A DNA stretch of 47,664 nucleotides from a virus (lineage: Duplodnaviria > Caudoviricetes), in the IMG/VR virus record IMGVR_UViG_3300040733_000024, positions 1-47,664 of that record. The stretch is one strand, 5' to 3'. Numbering within the stretch: position 1 is the stretch's first letter; each line of letters opens with the position of its first letter. A program made the translations under genes and the position numbers. Under the pieces are notes generated by a model. It saw only the letters and a list, made by a program, of their open reading frames with translations. It did not search any database and was not told where the DNA came from. Shown piece after piece: positions 19,343 to 28,988 of the stretch.

Positions 19343-19708
19343 TTAAAACACCTCCGAAATAGTATTAAAATTCAAGGAATACAGGGATCGCCCGTTTTCG
19401 TCTTCCCCGATAAATAAAGGGGTCGATTGTTGAGCGGAACAAAGAATAACGTGAGTTAACCCCACGTCGAACCCAGTTTTTTGATTAAGGAAATTAAAAA
19501 CCTCCCAGGCTTTCGTCTCCGCTGTACTGGGATGGCCAGCCCGGATAAGAACCTGGAAGGAAGGTTTTAGAATGGTACTGGTCGGCCCCGTTCCCCCGGT
19601 TAACCTTACGATCCCGCAGTCATCGGGAGCCGTAGCAGGAAAGGAGTTCGGGTAATATGTGTAGGTTACGTTCCCACTTATGAAAGTAAGGAGATCGTCA
19701 GTTTTCAT
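19343..19708 (-). CDS. Tail terminator / completion protein
   Basis: PSFQVLIRA...IGEDENGRSLYSLNF motif; position in the neck region. Confidence 0.7.
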   Translation of the reverse strand: MKTDDLLTFISGNVTYTYYPNSFPATAPDDCGIVRLTGGTGPTSTILKPSFQVLIRAGHPSTAETKAWEVFNFLNQKTGFDVGLTHVILCSAQQSTPLFIGEDENGRSLYSLNFNTISEVF

Positions 19709-19711
19709 TCG

Positions 19712-20158
19712 TTACTCCCCCCTTACCGCTTTTCCTACGACTTTTTTAATATGATCCTTATAGGTAGCTTGTTCCCCTTCTAACGGTCGGGTAAGGTACT
19801 TCGGCCCGACATCATAATGTGTACCGGACATTCCCTCAGTTCCGGGTTTCGCTAAAGACCCTGGCCCCAGGTTATAAGTCCCTTCATGCATCCAAAGAGC
19901 ATAATTAAAACTATAGTCCTTATTAGCCTCACGGACGGAATAAGACACCGTAGAAACAGCAGAGAACCCGTTGATCACTATCTCCTTTTCGTGAGCCTTT
20001 TCTAGGATACCCTTATCGTGAGGAGCGATCTCGGAGGATACCCGGACCAAATCGTCGGTAATGTCTTCCATAGCCATCTTTAAAGCAGCTTTGGCCTCTG
20101 CCTTCCTGACCGTTAATTTTTTTAGAACGCCTTTTAAATCGACTGTAATCGTGAGCAT
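19712..20158 (-). CDS. HK97 gp10-like neck / tail completion protein
   Basis: APHDKGILE...YALWMHEG...GPKYLTRPL. Confidence 0.7.
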   Translation of the reverse strand: MLTITVDLKGVLKKLTVRKAEAKAALKMAMEDITDDLVRVSSEIAPHDKGILEKAHEKEIVINGFSAVSTVSYSVREANKDYSFNYALWMHEGTYNLGPGSLAKPGTEGMSGTHYDVGPKYLTRPLEGEQATYKDHIKKVVGKAVRGE

Positions 20159-20470
20159 TTAAACCACGACCTTAGTAAAAAGAATTCTTCCGTTTATATC
20201 CCGAATAAGGTCGATAGACAAAGGATGAAATGAATAAGAATTCCCGGTTTCGTCCGTGTACTCCACGGTATCGGTATAGACCACCTTTACCAATCCCTTT
20301 AGAATAACGGAGGCTTTAGCGACGATTTCCTTACCGTCTGATTTACGAATTAACTGAGACCCTTCGTCTATACGGCAGGGGTAACTTTTAGTCGTTCCAG
20401 TTTCTGTTTTACCCCAGGCATCGAGCGAAGCAGCCTTTCGAATTTTACAGGTCTGTTTTAATGGGATCAT
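20159..20470 (-). CDS. Head-tail joining (head closure) protein
   Basis: DAWGK...CRIDEG...DGKEIV pattern; neck region. Confidence 0.6.
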   Translation of the reverse strand: MIPLKQTCKIRKAASLDAWGKTETGTTKSYPCRIDEGSQLIRKSDGKEIVAKASVILKGLVKVVYTDTVEYTDETGNSYSFHPLSIDLIRDINGRILFTKVVV

Positions 20471-20823
20471 TCGATCACCGTCCGACCGATCCGACGACCC
20501 AGAATTAATGCAGCCTGGGGAGCAACCATAAGGTTAACTCGGTCCACGTAAATAGATACACCGGAGACCGATACCGAACGGACCCCCTGTTCAGCTTTGC
20601 GGATTGTATCGTCGGCCCTTAACATCCAGAGAGCCTGTTCGTATACAGCGTCGTCGACTAGAGGTTTCGTAGTCGGATCGTAATTTTTATAAAGCCTGTA
20701 TAACTGAGCGGAGGCAGCGTTTAAAGCCCGTTGTTTGACGGCTGGGTCGGCATCGGCCCACTCGTCGAAATAGAGGACTTTAGTCGCGAAGTAGGTTTCC
20801 GCTCCCCCTACCGAAACAGCCAT
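20467..20823 (-). CDS. Head-tail connector / adaptor
   Basis: AETYF...KQRAL...AVYEQAL...GVRSVSV pattern; immediately after the capsid gene. Confidence 0.65.
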   Translation of the reverse strand: MAVSVGGAETYFATKVLYFDEWADADPAVKQRALNAASAQLYRLYKNYDPTTKPLVDDAVYEQALWMLRADDTIRKAEQGVRSVSVSGVSIYVDRVNLMVAPQAALILGRRIGRTVIE

Positions 20824-20904
20824 AATTAGCCCCTCCCATCATTTTAAAAAATGGGACGTGAGAGGATTGCTCCCCTCACGTCTATATCACAGTCACAGGA
20901 AAGA

Positions 20905-21822
20905 CTATGCGTCAGCAGCTTTAGTAATACCCGCTAAACGAGCAGCAGCCCTCGGATGGAATACGGCACAGCCACAGTAAAACTCGATCCTGGTACGGAA
21001 GCAAGGTTTGGTCTCCAGTTCGCCCAGGTCTCGGACGTTTACAGTACCGTTTCTAAGACCGGAAACATAGGACTCCGCACCGAAACGGACGGCATAGATG
21101 GAAGCGGTTACGTTGGACGATCCCCTGGTCTCACCAAAGCCGAGGATTTCAGCCCCGGAAGCGTCGGTCTCGATAACACGGATGGGAATACCCCCGTAAG
21201 TCGATACCGGACGACCGAAAGCGTCGGAGCCGTTCTCGATATAGTGAACCGAACCTACGAGAAGTTTTTTAACATCCCGTCTCATGGATTTAGACATAAA
21301 GAGAGCGTCAGGCTCACCTTCCACAGCGTCGATCAGTTCGTCGAGCATGGATAATTTAAGAGCTGCCCCGTTGTCGCCAGCATAGATGACTTGGCCCCCG
21401 GTCAGACGTTTTTCCAGACCGTCGAATTCCAGCGGACTCCCTACATGGTCGCCTTTGAAGAAGGTCTTGGTCCAGGAAAGGGATAAAGCCTTAGATTTCA
21501 TTTCGGTATGAATAGCCCGGATGTCTTGGATATTACCGCGAGTCTGGACCAGGAACCTATCTACGTCCACGTCGCCACCCAGGATATAAAGACCTTCGGA
21601 ACTTTGGTTAATAACACCAGTAGACTCTACATACGCAGCGTTAATGTCACGGAAAGCGATACCGGGGAGGGTTCCCTCCTGATTGTATTTATAGCTGTTA
21701 CCCGCGATTTCCATAAACGGCAGCAGTTCCAGAACGGCAGAGTTACGAGCGAAGGTTTCGATAACGCCCCTTTGCAGGGTATCGGTAGACAGCTTCGCGG
21801 ATTCGACTAAAGTTAAAGCCAT
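20905..21822 (-). CDS. Major capsid protein
   Basis: 305 aa after the scaffold gene; LLPFMEIAGNSYKYN, GGDVDVD, EFDGL and AAARLAGI motifs; strong RBS. Confidence 0.85.
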   Translation of the reverse strand: MALTLVESAKLSTDTLQRGVIETFARNSAVLELLPFMEIAGNSYKYNQEGTLPGIAFRDINAAYVESTGVINQSSEGLYILGGDVDVDRFLVQTRGNIQDIRAIHTEMKSKALSLSWTKTFFKGDHVGSPLEFDGLEKRLTGGQVIYAGDNGAALKLSMLDELIDAVEGEPDALFMSKSMRRDVKKLLVGSVHYIENGSDAFGRPVSTYGGIPIRVIETDASGAEILGFGETRGSSNVTASIYAVRFGAESYVSGLRNGTVNVRDLGELETKPCFRTRIEFYCGCAVFHPRAAARLAGITKAADA

Positions 21823-21837
21823 TTTAATATTCCTCCT

Positions 21838-21856
21838 TTACGTAATGTCGTAATAC
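21838..21856 (-). promoter_or_regulatory. Repeated operator-like motif (plus strand TTACGTAATGTCGTAATAC)
   Basis: Near-identical copies at 28342 and 44261, and an inverted copy at 43138; abuts the capsid RBS. Confidence 0.6.
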
Positions 21857-21886
21857 ATTGGGTAAAAAAAATAAGCCCTTCGGCTT

Positions 21887-22477
21887 TTACTGTTTCGGCC
21901 CGTAGGCAGCCCGTAACAGTTGGATCGGAGACATACTGTTAAGGTCTCCAGCAGCTTTCCCGGCTGGGTTTGTACTTTCCCCGACCGGAGTCTCTTTTTT
22001 CTTAGCCCCGAACAGCCCTTTCTTTTCGGCTGCTGCTAACCATTCTAACCTTAATTCCGGGGTTAAGTTGGCAGGGATAAGATCGCGGAATTCTTCGGGT
22101 ACTCCTTCGAGTTTAGCTTCCAGAAGACCATTAATAACGGCTTCGAGTTGCTGTACCCTGGTCGCTGCTGTTTTGGACTCGCCTTTAAACTTATCGAGGT
22201 CTTTAGCAGCAGTTTCATAAAGTTCCTGGAATTTACCCTGTTCCTCTTTGGCTTTCCGGTCTCTTTCGGCGAGTTCCTGTTCCTTTTGGGTTTTCTCAGC
22301 CGTCAGAGCGTCAAGCTGTTTTTTTAGTTCTTTAAAACCGTTATTTACTTCGTCGAACCTGGACTTCGGGATCATGTGTTCCCCTGCTTGCTCGTTACCC
22401 GTGTTTTTCGTCTCGGCAGACGGAGCAGGAGTCGGATTCTGTGGGTTCGGGTTTTGGGTTTCGTTTGATTCTGCCAT
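21887..22477 (-). CDS. Capsid scaffolding protein
   Basis: Low-complexity N-terminus, IPKSRFDEVN motif, coiled coil; precedes the capsid gene. Confidence 0.8.
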   Translation of the reverse strand: MAESNETQNPNPQNPTPAPSAETKNTGNEQAGEHMIPKSRFDEVNNGFKELKKQLDALTAEKTQKEQELAERDRKAKEEQGKFQELYETAAKDLDKFKGESKTAATRVQQLEAVINGLLEAKLEGVPEEFRDLIPANLTPELRLEWLAAAEKKGLFGAKKKETPVGESTNPAGKAAGDLNSMSPIQLLRAAYGPKQ

Positions 22478-22554
22478 TTTATTATTAAGTCCTCCTTAAC
22501 CAGTCGCTTTTTATCGCGGTCGCGTCCGCGTGGTATTTTTGAGGTAACGGGTTC

Positions 22555-22869
22555 TTAACCGATACGAAGTTTAAAAGTAGCGTGAGCGTCAGTCCCGGTT
22601 ACGTTTACGACGTAGCGGATATAAGGCTTATTAGTTTTAATATAAATGGATTTGCTACCTATAGCTGTAAACTGTAAGAACTGAGCTAACCCCGCAAAAG
22701 TTTCCCCATCTTCGCTGTCCTCGATTGTAATGTCGAGAGTACAGTCCGCAGTTAAAGCGGTTAGTTTAACCAAACATTCGGAAAGGGGAAGCGACCCAAC
22801 ATAGATCGCGTCGCTGTTTTTGTCTACAGCGTCGGTCTCGGTAAAAGTTAAAAGGCTGTCCCAGGTCAT
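22555..22869 (-). CDS. Putative capsid cement / decoration protein
   Basis: Small jelly-roll-like beta protein (IEDSEDGETF...PYIRY) in the head module. Confidence 0.45.
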   Translation of the reverse strand: MTWDSLLTFTETDAVDKNSDAIYVGSLPLSECLVKLTALTADCTLDITIEDSEDGETFAGLAQFLQFTAIGSKSIYIKTNKPYIRYVVNVTGTDAHATFKLRIG

Positions 22870-23011
22870 GTGTATTCACCTCCTTTGAAGTTTTTAAGAA
22901 ATAAAAACCCCAGCCCGTCTTAAACCCCCACGTAGGAACGTGAGAGACGATGAACCAGAGTCTAAAATAAAAAACCCCAGCTGTTAAGCCAGGGTCATAA
23001 ACTTATTTAAT

Positions 23012-23200
23012 TTACTCTTTGTCTTTGGGTTCATACTGTATCCCGCGATCTCCGGGGTATGGCTTATCGTGGGTTACTTTACTTATCAGAATTTCTTTCG
23101 GTATCCCGTCAGGAAAAGCGAGACACGAGTTCTTCTCCTTATCCTTCCAGTTAAAATGTTTGCAGTCAATAAGACATATCGGAGCCGTAACCGAAGTCAT
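23012..23200 (-). CDS. Small Cys/His-rich protein; candidate partner or immunity protein of the MuF extension
   Basis: CLIDCKHF...CLAFPDGIP...HDKPYPGDRGIQYEP; starts 11 bp after the MuF gene; followed by terminators. Confidence 0.65.
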   Translation of the reverse strand: MTSVTAPICLIDCKHFNWKDKEKNSCLAFPDGIPKEILISKVTHDKPYPGDRGIQYEPKDKE

Positions 23201-23211
23201 AAAAAGCCCCC

Positions 23212-25005
23212 TTAATAATTTTTAGTTATTCCCAGGTCATTCTTATAAAGTTCTAATAATTTTTTATTAAAATCAGCAGCAGCCTTTTTCTCGTCGTCCG
23301 AAGCAAGGAACTCGTATTTCCATCCGTCATTACCATTATAACTATACCATTTACTATTATACACCAAATCGAGTAATCTCTTTTGGTTTTGCACGTAGAA
23401 ATGATTGAAGTCTGGATTTGACTCTAAAGCAGCGAACCCTTCGGCCCAGGCTTCTGCTGGCTCCGTGTCGGCGTACCGTGACAAGCTGATCCCCGGATTA
23501 TTATATCTCTGGAAGCTCAGTAGTAGGTCGCGACCTTCTCCTAGTCCTTTATTCCCTACGACCTTAGTTAGAGACTTTTCAGTATATTCTTTTAAAATGT
23601 AGTTCCATACCTGATGGCCTAGTTCGTGGGTCATCGTTGTCTCTAATTTATCGCAGCCAATCGGATGCCATCCTTGTGCGACACTAGTCTCCATGCTAGC
23701 CTTTAATACCCTTGCATCCCCGTAAAAATCCGGGTTAAGTCCGACATACTTTCCGTTAACCGCAGCATGAGCCCTTACCCTATTATCCCATATATACGGG
23801 TAAATAGGAGACTTTGGCGTTTTATGAGACCCGACGTATACCAGACGTTTTTCGAATCCTGGATACTTATTCGCCAGTCGAACGAACTCCGCCATAGAAG
23901 GATTTATAGCTTTTACGTCGCAGTCCTCAAAGTCCCAGCGAATATTCGGGTATAGTTTTGAAGCGTAATCTTCAATCTCCTTAATGGTTTTTTGGTCGGC
24001 CCAGGTCGGTATGACTGGTCCTGGTTTCGCCTTTGGTTGTCTGGGTTTACGCGGTTTTTTCGGTTTTGGTACGGGAACGGGTTTGTCCCCGAAGTTTGTA
24101 CCGAGAACCTTTTCGGCCTCTTTTAATGCTTCTGTAGCTTTATCCCTAACTGACTGGGGTAAAAGTGAAAGGTCTCGGACTGGGTTAACGCTATGCTGGC
24201 AGTTCGGATGAAATATTTGATTTGTGGCCCTTATTTCGGCGTAAGTAGGGAACCCCGGCGTTACTCCGTTAAGACTTATAATCAGTCCTTCGAACCTACG
24301 ACATCCGTCTTTGGCCCCGTGAGACGATATGACAGCGAGGTCGACGTTCCTCTCCAGGCATTCGACCCGGACCCCTTCGATGTGAGCCTGTTGGAGTTTA
24401 GTCCTTACGACCATTTCGGCGTAAGTTCCTACCTTCCAACGTCTCCCGGCTGCATCGACGATCCCCGTCAGCTTTCCGGTATCTTGGGAAATACCCCGGA
24501 ATTGCATACCCAAAGTAGCAGCTATACTCCGTTGCATCGTCTTACGACCCTGCTGCTCTAAAGCCCTCATCCTCATAGTCTCGCTAACAGCACCCTTAAC
24601 AAGTTGTTTTATCTTCTTTTCTGTATTTTTTGTAGCGAGCAGAAGATCGTCGTAAGTGTCATTAACAAGGTTCTCTGCTGTATTTCTAGCGAGCAATGAA
24701 AAGCTAACCCCCTTCGCTGCTTCGGAAAGGGACTTCGCTTCGCCCAGGCTAAGTAACGTCGCAGCCCTCGCGTTATTGTACCTTCGATTAACAGTTTCCT
24801 TACACCAGTCCAGGGAGTTATTATCTAACTCCCCCAGGATAAATGTTATCTGACGTAGTAAGGACTCCCCCTGTGACTGATCGATTCCGTTTTTAACGGT
24901 CTGTAATTCCCAGGTTATCCTAGTAAAAGCACTTTTGTAATAACGCAGAAGACGGTTAACATCCTTATCGTAGTTCGGTTCAGGTATTTCGCGGAATCCA
25001 GGCAT
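23212..25005 (-). CDS. Minor capsid (MuF-type head morphogenesis) protein with a C-terminal HExxH metallopeptidase-like extension
   Basis: DAAGRRW...YAEMVVRT...HPNCQH minor capsid domain; Pro/Lys linker; THELGH...SRYA...EAWAEGF. Confidence 0.8.
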   Translation of the reverse strand: MPGFREIPEPNYDKDVNRLLRYYKSAFTRITWELQTVKNGIDQSQGESLLRQITFILGELDNNSLDWCKETVNRRYNNARAATLLSLGEAKSLSEAAKGVSFSLLARNTAENLVNDTYDDLLLATKNTEKKIKQLVKGAVSETMRMRALEQQGRKTMQRSIAATLGMQFRGISQDTGKLTGIVDAAGRRWKVGTYAEMVVRTKLQQAHIEGVRVECLERNVDLAVISSHGAKDGCRRFEGLIISLNGVTPGFPTYAEIRATNQIFHPNCQHSVNPVRDLSLLPQSVRDKATEALKEAEKVLGTNFGDKPVPVPKPKKPRKPRQPKAKPGPVIPTWADQKTIKEIEDYASKLYPNIRWDFEDCDVKAINPSMAEFVRLANKYPGFEKRLVYVGSHKTPKSPIYPYIWDNRVRAHAAVNGKYVGLNPDFYGDARVLKASMETSVAQGWHPIGCDKLETTMTHELGHQVWNYILKEYTEKSLTKVVGNKGLGEGRDLLLSFQRYNNPGISLSRYADTEPAEAWAEGFAALESNPDFNHFYVQNQKRLLDLVYNSKWYSYNGNDGWKYEFLASDDEKKAAADFNKKLLELYKNDLGITKNY

Positions 25006-26519
25006 TACTGATCACCTTCCCCGCTATCCTCCTGATCGGTTAAATCGGTAGTATCGTTATTAAAAATCGAAGGATCAGCGACAGCTTCCTCGTCCTGGAT
25101 ACGTTTTAATTCAGCGTCGGCCTGCTCTTCGGTTAGCCCGTCCATTTCCATAATAGCGGTCTTCTGGCTTACCGTGGCCTTACCCCCGGTCCTGATCTGG
25201 TAGATCGTGGCATGTTCCATTTCGTCGTCAGGGAGACCGTCGTTAAACTTAATTTTCGGAACAGTAACCTCGTAATCGACTTTACCTAACTGAGCCTTCT
25301 CCAGCATTTGAGCAGTCAGGAGAACCCGACGTAAGCCCTTTTCATAATACTGACGTTTCCGGTTTACCTTCGCGAGTAGGGAGTTCATTCTCCATTTGAT
25401 AGACAGACCGGAACTACCGGACGTGCCGGAGTCGCCCTGGCCTAAAGCTACGGAAGGAACCTCCGCGAGAACCAGGAGAATATCCAGCAGCTTTTCGAGT
25501 TCCAGGAAAGCAGCCGATAGCTGGCCATCCCAGGTAATGTATTGAGGGATAACGTCGTCCTTACCCATTATCTCGAAGACCTTATCGATCCCGACCCTAT
25601 ATACCGGGTTCCCTTCTTCGTCGGTATCTATAGTACCGGCAGGGACCGCGATCGCGGGATCAGCGTGTTTATCCAGGATAACCGCGATCTGTGAAAGACG
25701 GTTATTTATCTCGTCAAATATGGGTTTAAGGTCGGTAAGGTCATCGATCCCGTCCCAGCCATCGTCGGTCGAGAAGTTCGGAACGTGTACGACCAGAGGG
25801 AATATAACCCCGGTCTTAACTTCCCGACGAGCCTCGAATACTTCATGAGAAAGCCTCCATTCTGTTATCTCGTTATTTGAGGTAAGAACGGAGGGTAACA
25901 TAACCCACTTGCTGTATTTAATGACCCCCGGATAATGGGACTCGATGTATAAAAGCCATTCATTCGCGAGAGTACCCTGGTTTTCGTCCAGAATGATCGG
26001 AACTGGATACGCGATATGATAAGCTAGGATCTTGTTCGCGTCCCCCGGCATAGTCTCAGGGAAGACGTACTCCGGGTTTTGTGACTCGATAAAGACCCTA
26101 AAGGGATCGATCTCCTTATCGACTACCCCTTCGTAATACTGACCCCAGCGAACCTTATAAAACGAATCCCCTCTGTAGCTGTTTCCCAGAGAGGACTCGT
26201 AGTTTGTTATATTCAGTTCGTTATCCTCGACCAGTCTTTCGAGAGCCTTTTGTTCAGGGGAACTGCTCTCTTTGCCGGCAGAAAATCCTGGAGATTCCCC
26301 GAATAAAAAATCGGCTGACTTCTTACAGATAATACCCGGAAGGTTCGCCGAAACGTAGACTATTTCGTTCTGTCTTTTCGAGAGTAAACTCTGTACTCGG
26401 ACGAATACGTCGTAATGTTTACCCAGGAATAACTTTTTATTTTCCTTATACCTGGCTATACGTTTTTTATGGGTTAGGGGAGGGTAATATTCCCCGACAC
26501 CGAATAAAGCCAAAGTCAT
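25005..26519 (-). CDS. Portal protein (SPP1/A118-like)
   Basis: About 500 aa after terL; YITWDGQL, SGLSIKWR, KFNDGLP; ATG at 26519 has an RBS. Confidence 0.85.
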   Translation of the reverse strand: MTLALFGVGEYYPPLTHKKRIARYKENKKLFLGKHYDVFVRVQSLLSKRQNEIVYVSANLPGIICKKSADFLFGESPGFSAGKESSSPEQKALERLVEDNELNITNYESSLGNSYRGDSFYKVRWGQYYEGVVDKEIDPFRVFIESQNPEYVFPETMPGDANKILAYHIAYPVPIILDENQGTLANEWLLYIESHYPGVIKYSKWVMLPSVLTSNNEITEWRLSHEVFEARREVKTGVIFPLVVHVPNFSTDDGWDGIDDLTDLKPIFDEINNRLSQIAVILDKHADPAIAVPAGTIDTDEEGNPVYRVGIDKVFEIMGKDDVIPQYITWDGQLSAAFLELEKLLDILLVLAEVPSVALGQGDSGTSGSSGLSIKWRMNSLLAKVNRKRQYYEKGLRRVLLTAQMLEKAQLGKVDYEVTVPKIKFNDGLPDDEMEHATIYQIRTGGKATVSQKTAIMEMDGLTEEQADAELKRIQDEEAVADPSIFNNDTTDLTDQEDSGEGDQ

Positions 26520-26577
26520 AACCCCCTTTCGAGCAGATTTTAAACTACCCATCTAATGGGATACCTAAAACGTCCAC

Positions 26578-28281
26578 CTACAAGCCCTTTGGTTTTTTAA
26601 ATAATGTTTTTCTACGATACCCCCCGCACATTTCGATGACCATCTGTAACGCATCCGGGAGGTCGTCGTGGTCGTGGCTGGGGTACTGTTCTAACATTTC
26701 TAAAAGCAGCCTTTGGTTTCGCATAAAGCGAAGGATACCGTTTTCGATAATGGGTTCCAGGGACTCGATACGTTCCTCTTTTTTAGTCCTGCTGACGATG
26801 CCCCGTAATTTTATATGATAAATCCGTTCCTTTGCTAATCTTTCCTGTAGCTGCCTAAAGAGGTCGATCTGAGCCTGGACGGTTTCGACTCCCCCCATCT
26901 TAGGTCTGTACATGATAATTTTTTCGACTACAACATTAAGAGCCTCATGAGCGGGACACTTTTTCGCCCAGGTATCTACCACGTATAGAACCCCGGTTTT
27001 TCTATGTCTACCCACGACGACGATCGCATTATAGTCACTTCGATTATTTTTACCAAAGGCGATGTCCCAGGCGAGATAAAAGTCCAGGGGAAGTTTCTTG
27101 CCTTTATCATCCAGTAAATCCCCGTAATCGAAAAAGGTAAAAATGGACGGTCTAAAGATTTGGGTTTCCTCGTCAATCGGGTTATTCATAAATTCCGAGC
27201 TAAACGCCCGACTCCCGATGTTAACCCTCTCCATAACTAACTGATAATATGGGAACCTATAAGGCCAGAGGACTTTGGCCCCCTTATCCATTTCGTCCTT
27301 GTTATCGTTATAAAACGCTAAAGCGTCCTCTTGGCTGTTTTCATTATCCTGGTCCCGGTATATCTCCTCGAACTTTTCCCAGAGGTCGCCCCGGTCTGGC
27401 CCGGACATTATAGCTGCGTAAACTTTGGATTCAAAGTCCGACCTTTCCAGGATCGCGGGTAATAGCCCCCGCCCGTGGATAATCGTACCCATATAAACGA
27501 AGGCAGTTTTTTCCGGGTCGCCGATCGGGATCACGACCGAGTTAAACCAGTAGAGGTTTTTCTCCCGGAGTTCCGGGGTATTCGTGTTTTTTTGAGACTC
27601 CAGGTCATCGCATATAACTAGGTCCGGCCTGTAGGAACCGTGTCGCTTGCCCCGTAGCTGCTTACCGATACTCGCAGCCTCGACCAATATACCGTTAAGG
27701 GTTGCGAAAGCTTCCTGGGTATCCTTAGTATTAAAAGACTTCGCGGTAGCCATTAACTCCCCGAAGTCTTCCCGAAGTTTTTTATTAAATTTAAGCTGCA
27801 GACTAATCCATTCGATAAACTTCCTCGCGGACGTATCCGTCTCCGAGAGGATCAGAATATACCTCCGCTTTTTAAATACTATTTCATGGACCGGGAAGCA
27901 GTTCGAAAGGTAGGCTGACTTCGCGTGACCCCGTGGAGCAGCCCAGGCGATCCTCGCGGTCGGGTTCGTGTTAGAGACAGTATCCAATAGACGGCAGAGT
28001 TCCTTATGGAACTTCGGAGCGTCCGACATAGAGACCCCGGCAGGAATTAGGTTCTGGTCGTTTTCCGGGTTTAAGTCGTCGCTAAAATATTCGTACATAA
28101 AATAAAGCATATCGTCTTCGGCTTTATCAATCCTTAACAGCCGTCGATATTCCTGCATCGTACTACATAGTATAGATGACTGCTCTTCGGTCAGCCCTTT
28201 TTTACCTCGTAACTCCTGGTATGAGTTAATTTTTCGCTGTATATTTCTGATCCGCTCGCGTCGTTCTTTCTTTTCGAGCAT
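26578..28281 (-). CDS. terL: Terminase large subunit
   Basis: APRGHAKS Walker A; RPDLVICDDLE Walker B; WDIA and HDDLPDAL nuclease motifs. Confidence 0.93.
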   Translation of the reverse strand: MLEKKERRERIRNIQRKINSYQELRGKKGLTEEQSSILCSTMQEYRRLLRIDKAEDDMLYFMYEYFSDDLNPENDQNLIPAGVSMSDAPKFHKELCRLLDTVSNTNPTARIAWAAPRGHAKSAYLSNCFPVHEIVFKKRRYILILSETDTSARKFIEWISLQLKFNKKLREDFGELMATAKSFNTKDTQEAFATLNGILVEAASIGKQLRGKRHGSYRPDLVICDDLESQKNTNTPELREKNLYWFNSVVIPIGDPEKTAFVYMGTIIHGRGLLPAILERSDFESKVYAAIMSGPDRGDLWEKFEEIYRDQDNENSQEDALAFYNDNKDEMDKGAKVLWPYRFPYYQLVMERVNIGSRAFSSEFMNNPIDEETQIFRPSIFTFFDYGDLLDDKGKKLPLDFYLAWDIAFGKNNRSDYNAIVVVGRHRKTGVLYVVDTWAKKCPAHEALNVVVEKIIMYRPKMGGVETVQAQIDLFRQLQERLAKERIYHIKLRGIVSRTKKEERIESLEPIIENGILRFMRNQRLLLEMLEQYPSHDHDDLPDALQMVIEMCGGYRRKTLFKKPKGL

Positions 28282-28341
28282 ACCCGACCCCCCTTTCCTT
28301 CCAGGTTGCCACCAGGACGCGTAGCTGCCCGAATTAGACTC

Positions 28342-28360
28342 TTACGTAATATCGTAATAC
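28342..28360 (-). promoter_or_regulatory. Repeated operator-like motif upstream of terL
   Basis: TTACGTAATATCGTAATAC, one mismatch from the 21838 copy. Confidence 0.6.
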
Positions 28361-28537
28361 AATCACCCTGCCCACCAAATTAAAACGCCCCAGGAGCCAT
28401 CCTGGTGCGTCAGTAATTCTGCTTTCTATATAATAGCCTCATCTCAACACCGGAAGCGGAGTCTTTCAGAACTGGAGGCTGGCCCCCTCCAGTCGTAGTC
28501 TTTTCTTTAACGGTAATTCCCAGCGTTACCGTTGCCC

Positions 28538-28813
28538 TTACACTTTCTGCCTTTCCTTGTCTTGGCATATGTCAATTATAAACCTTAAGGCCATTGCCCC
28601 GACCTGGACGGCTTCCTTTTCTAATTCCGTATAATCCCGGTCTCTCGCTTTTTTCTTTACCTCGTCCCAGAGTTCATCCAGTTCTTCTTTTATAACTGCA
28701 TACCCCTCATGTGAACTGTGGAAAGGCCCGTTAAGTTCGGTAGCCCTTTGATATTCCCTTATAATAAGCGTTATAGCATTTTCCGCTTTTTCTGATTCGC
28801 TAATATATATCAC
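28538..28813 (-). CDS. MazG-like (all-alpha NTP pyrophosphohydrolase) protein
   Basis: HEGYAVIKEELDEL...EKEAVQVGAMALRF pattern. Confidence 0.6.
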   Translation of the reverse strand: MIYISESEKAENAITLIIREYQRATELNGPFHSSHEGYAVIKEELDELWDEVKKKARDRDYTELEKEAVQVGAMALRFIIDICQDKERQKV

Positions 28814-28988
28814 CCTCCGAAGGTTACGAATTTATCGAACGGAAAGAATACTAAGGATCCGATAAAGTTAGCGACTGTCGCGGATAACCATGATGGCCAC
28901 CTCCGCTTATTACCGTAATGTATAACCGGAGCCAGTATTAGAGAAGACAGTTGCCAACGGATAATATAAATAATTAATTCGTGTTCCA

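Noticed and set aside
22899-22997. Direct repeat AAATAAAAA(A)CCCCAGC as an insertion scar
   Set aside because: It is adequately explained as the 3' arms and U-tracts of two tandem minus-strand terminators.
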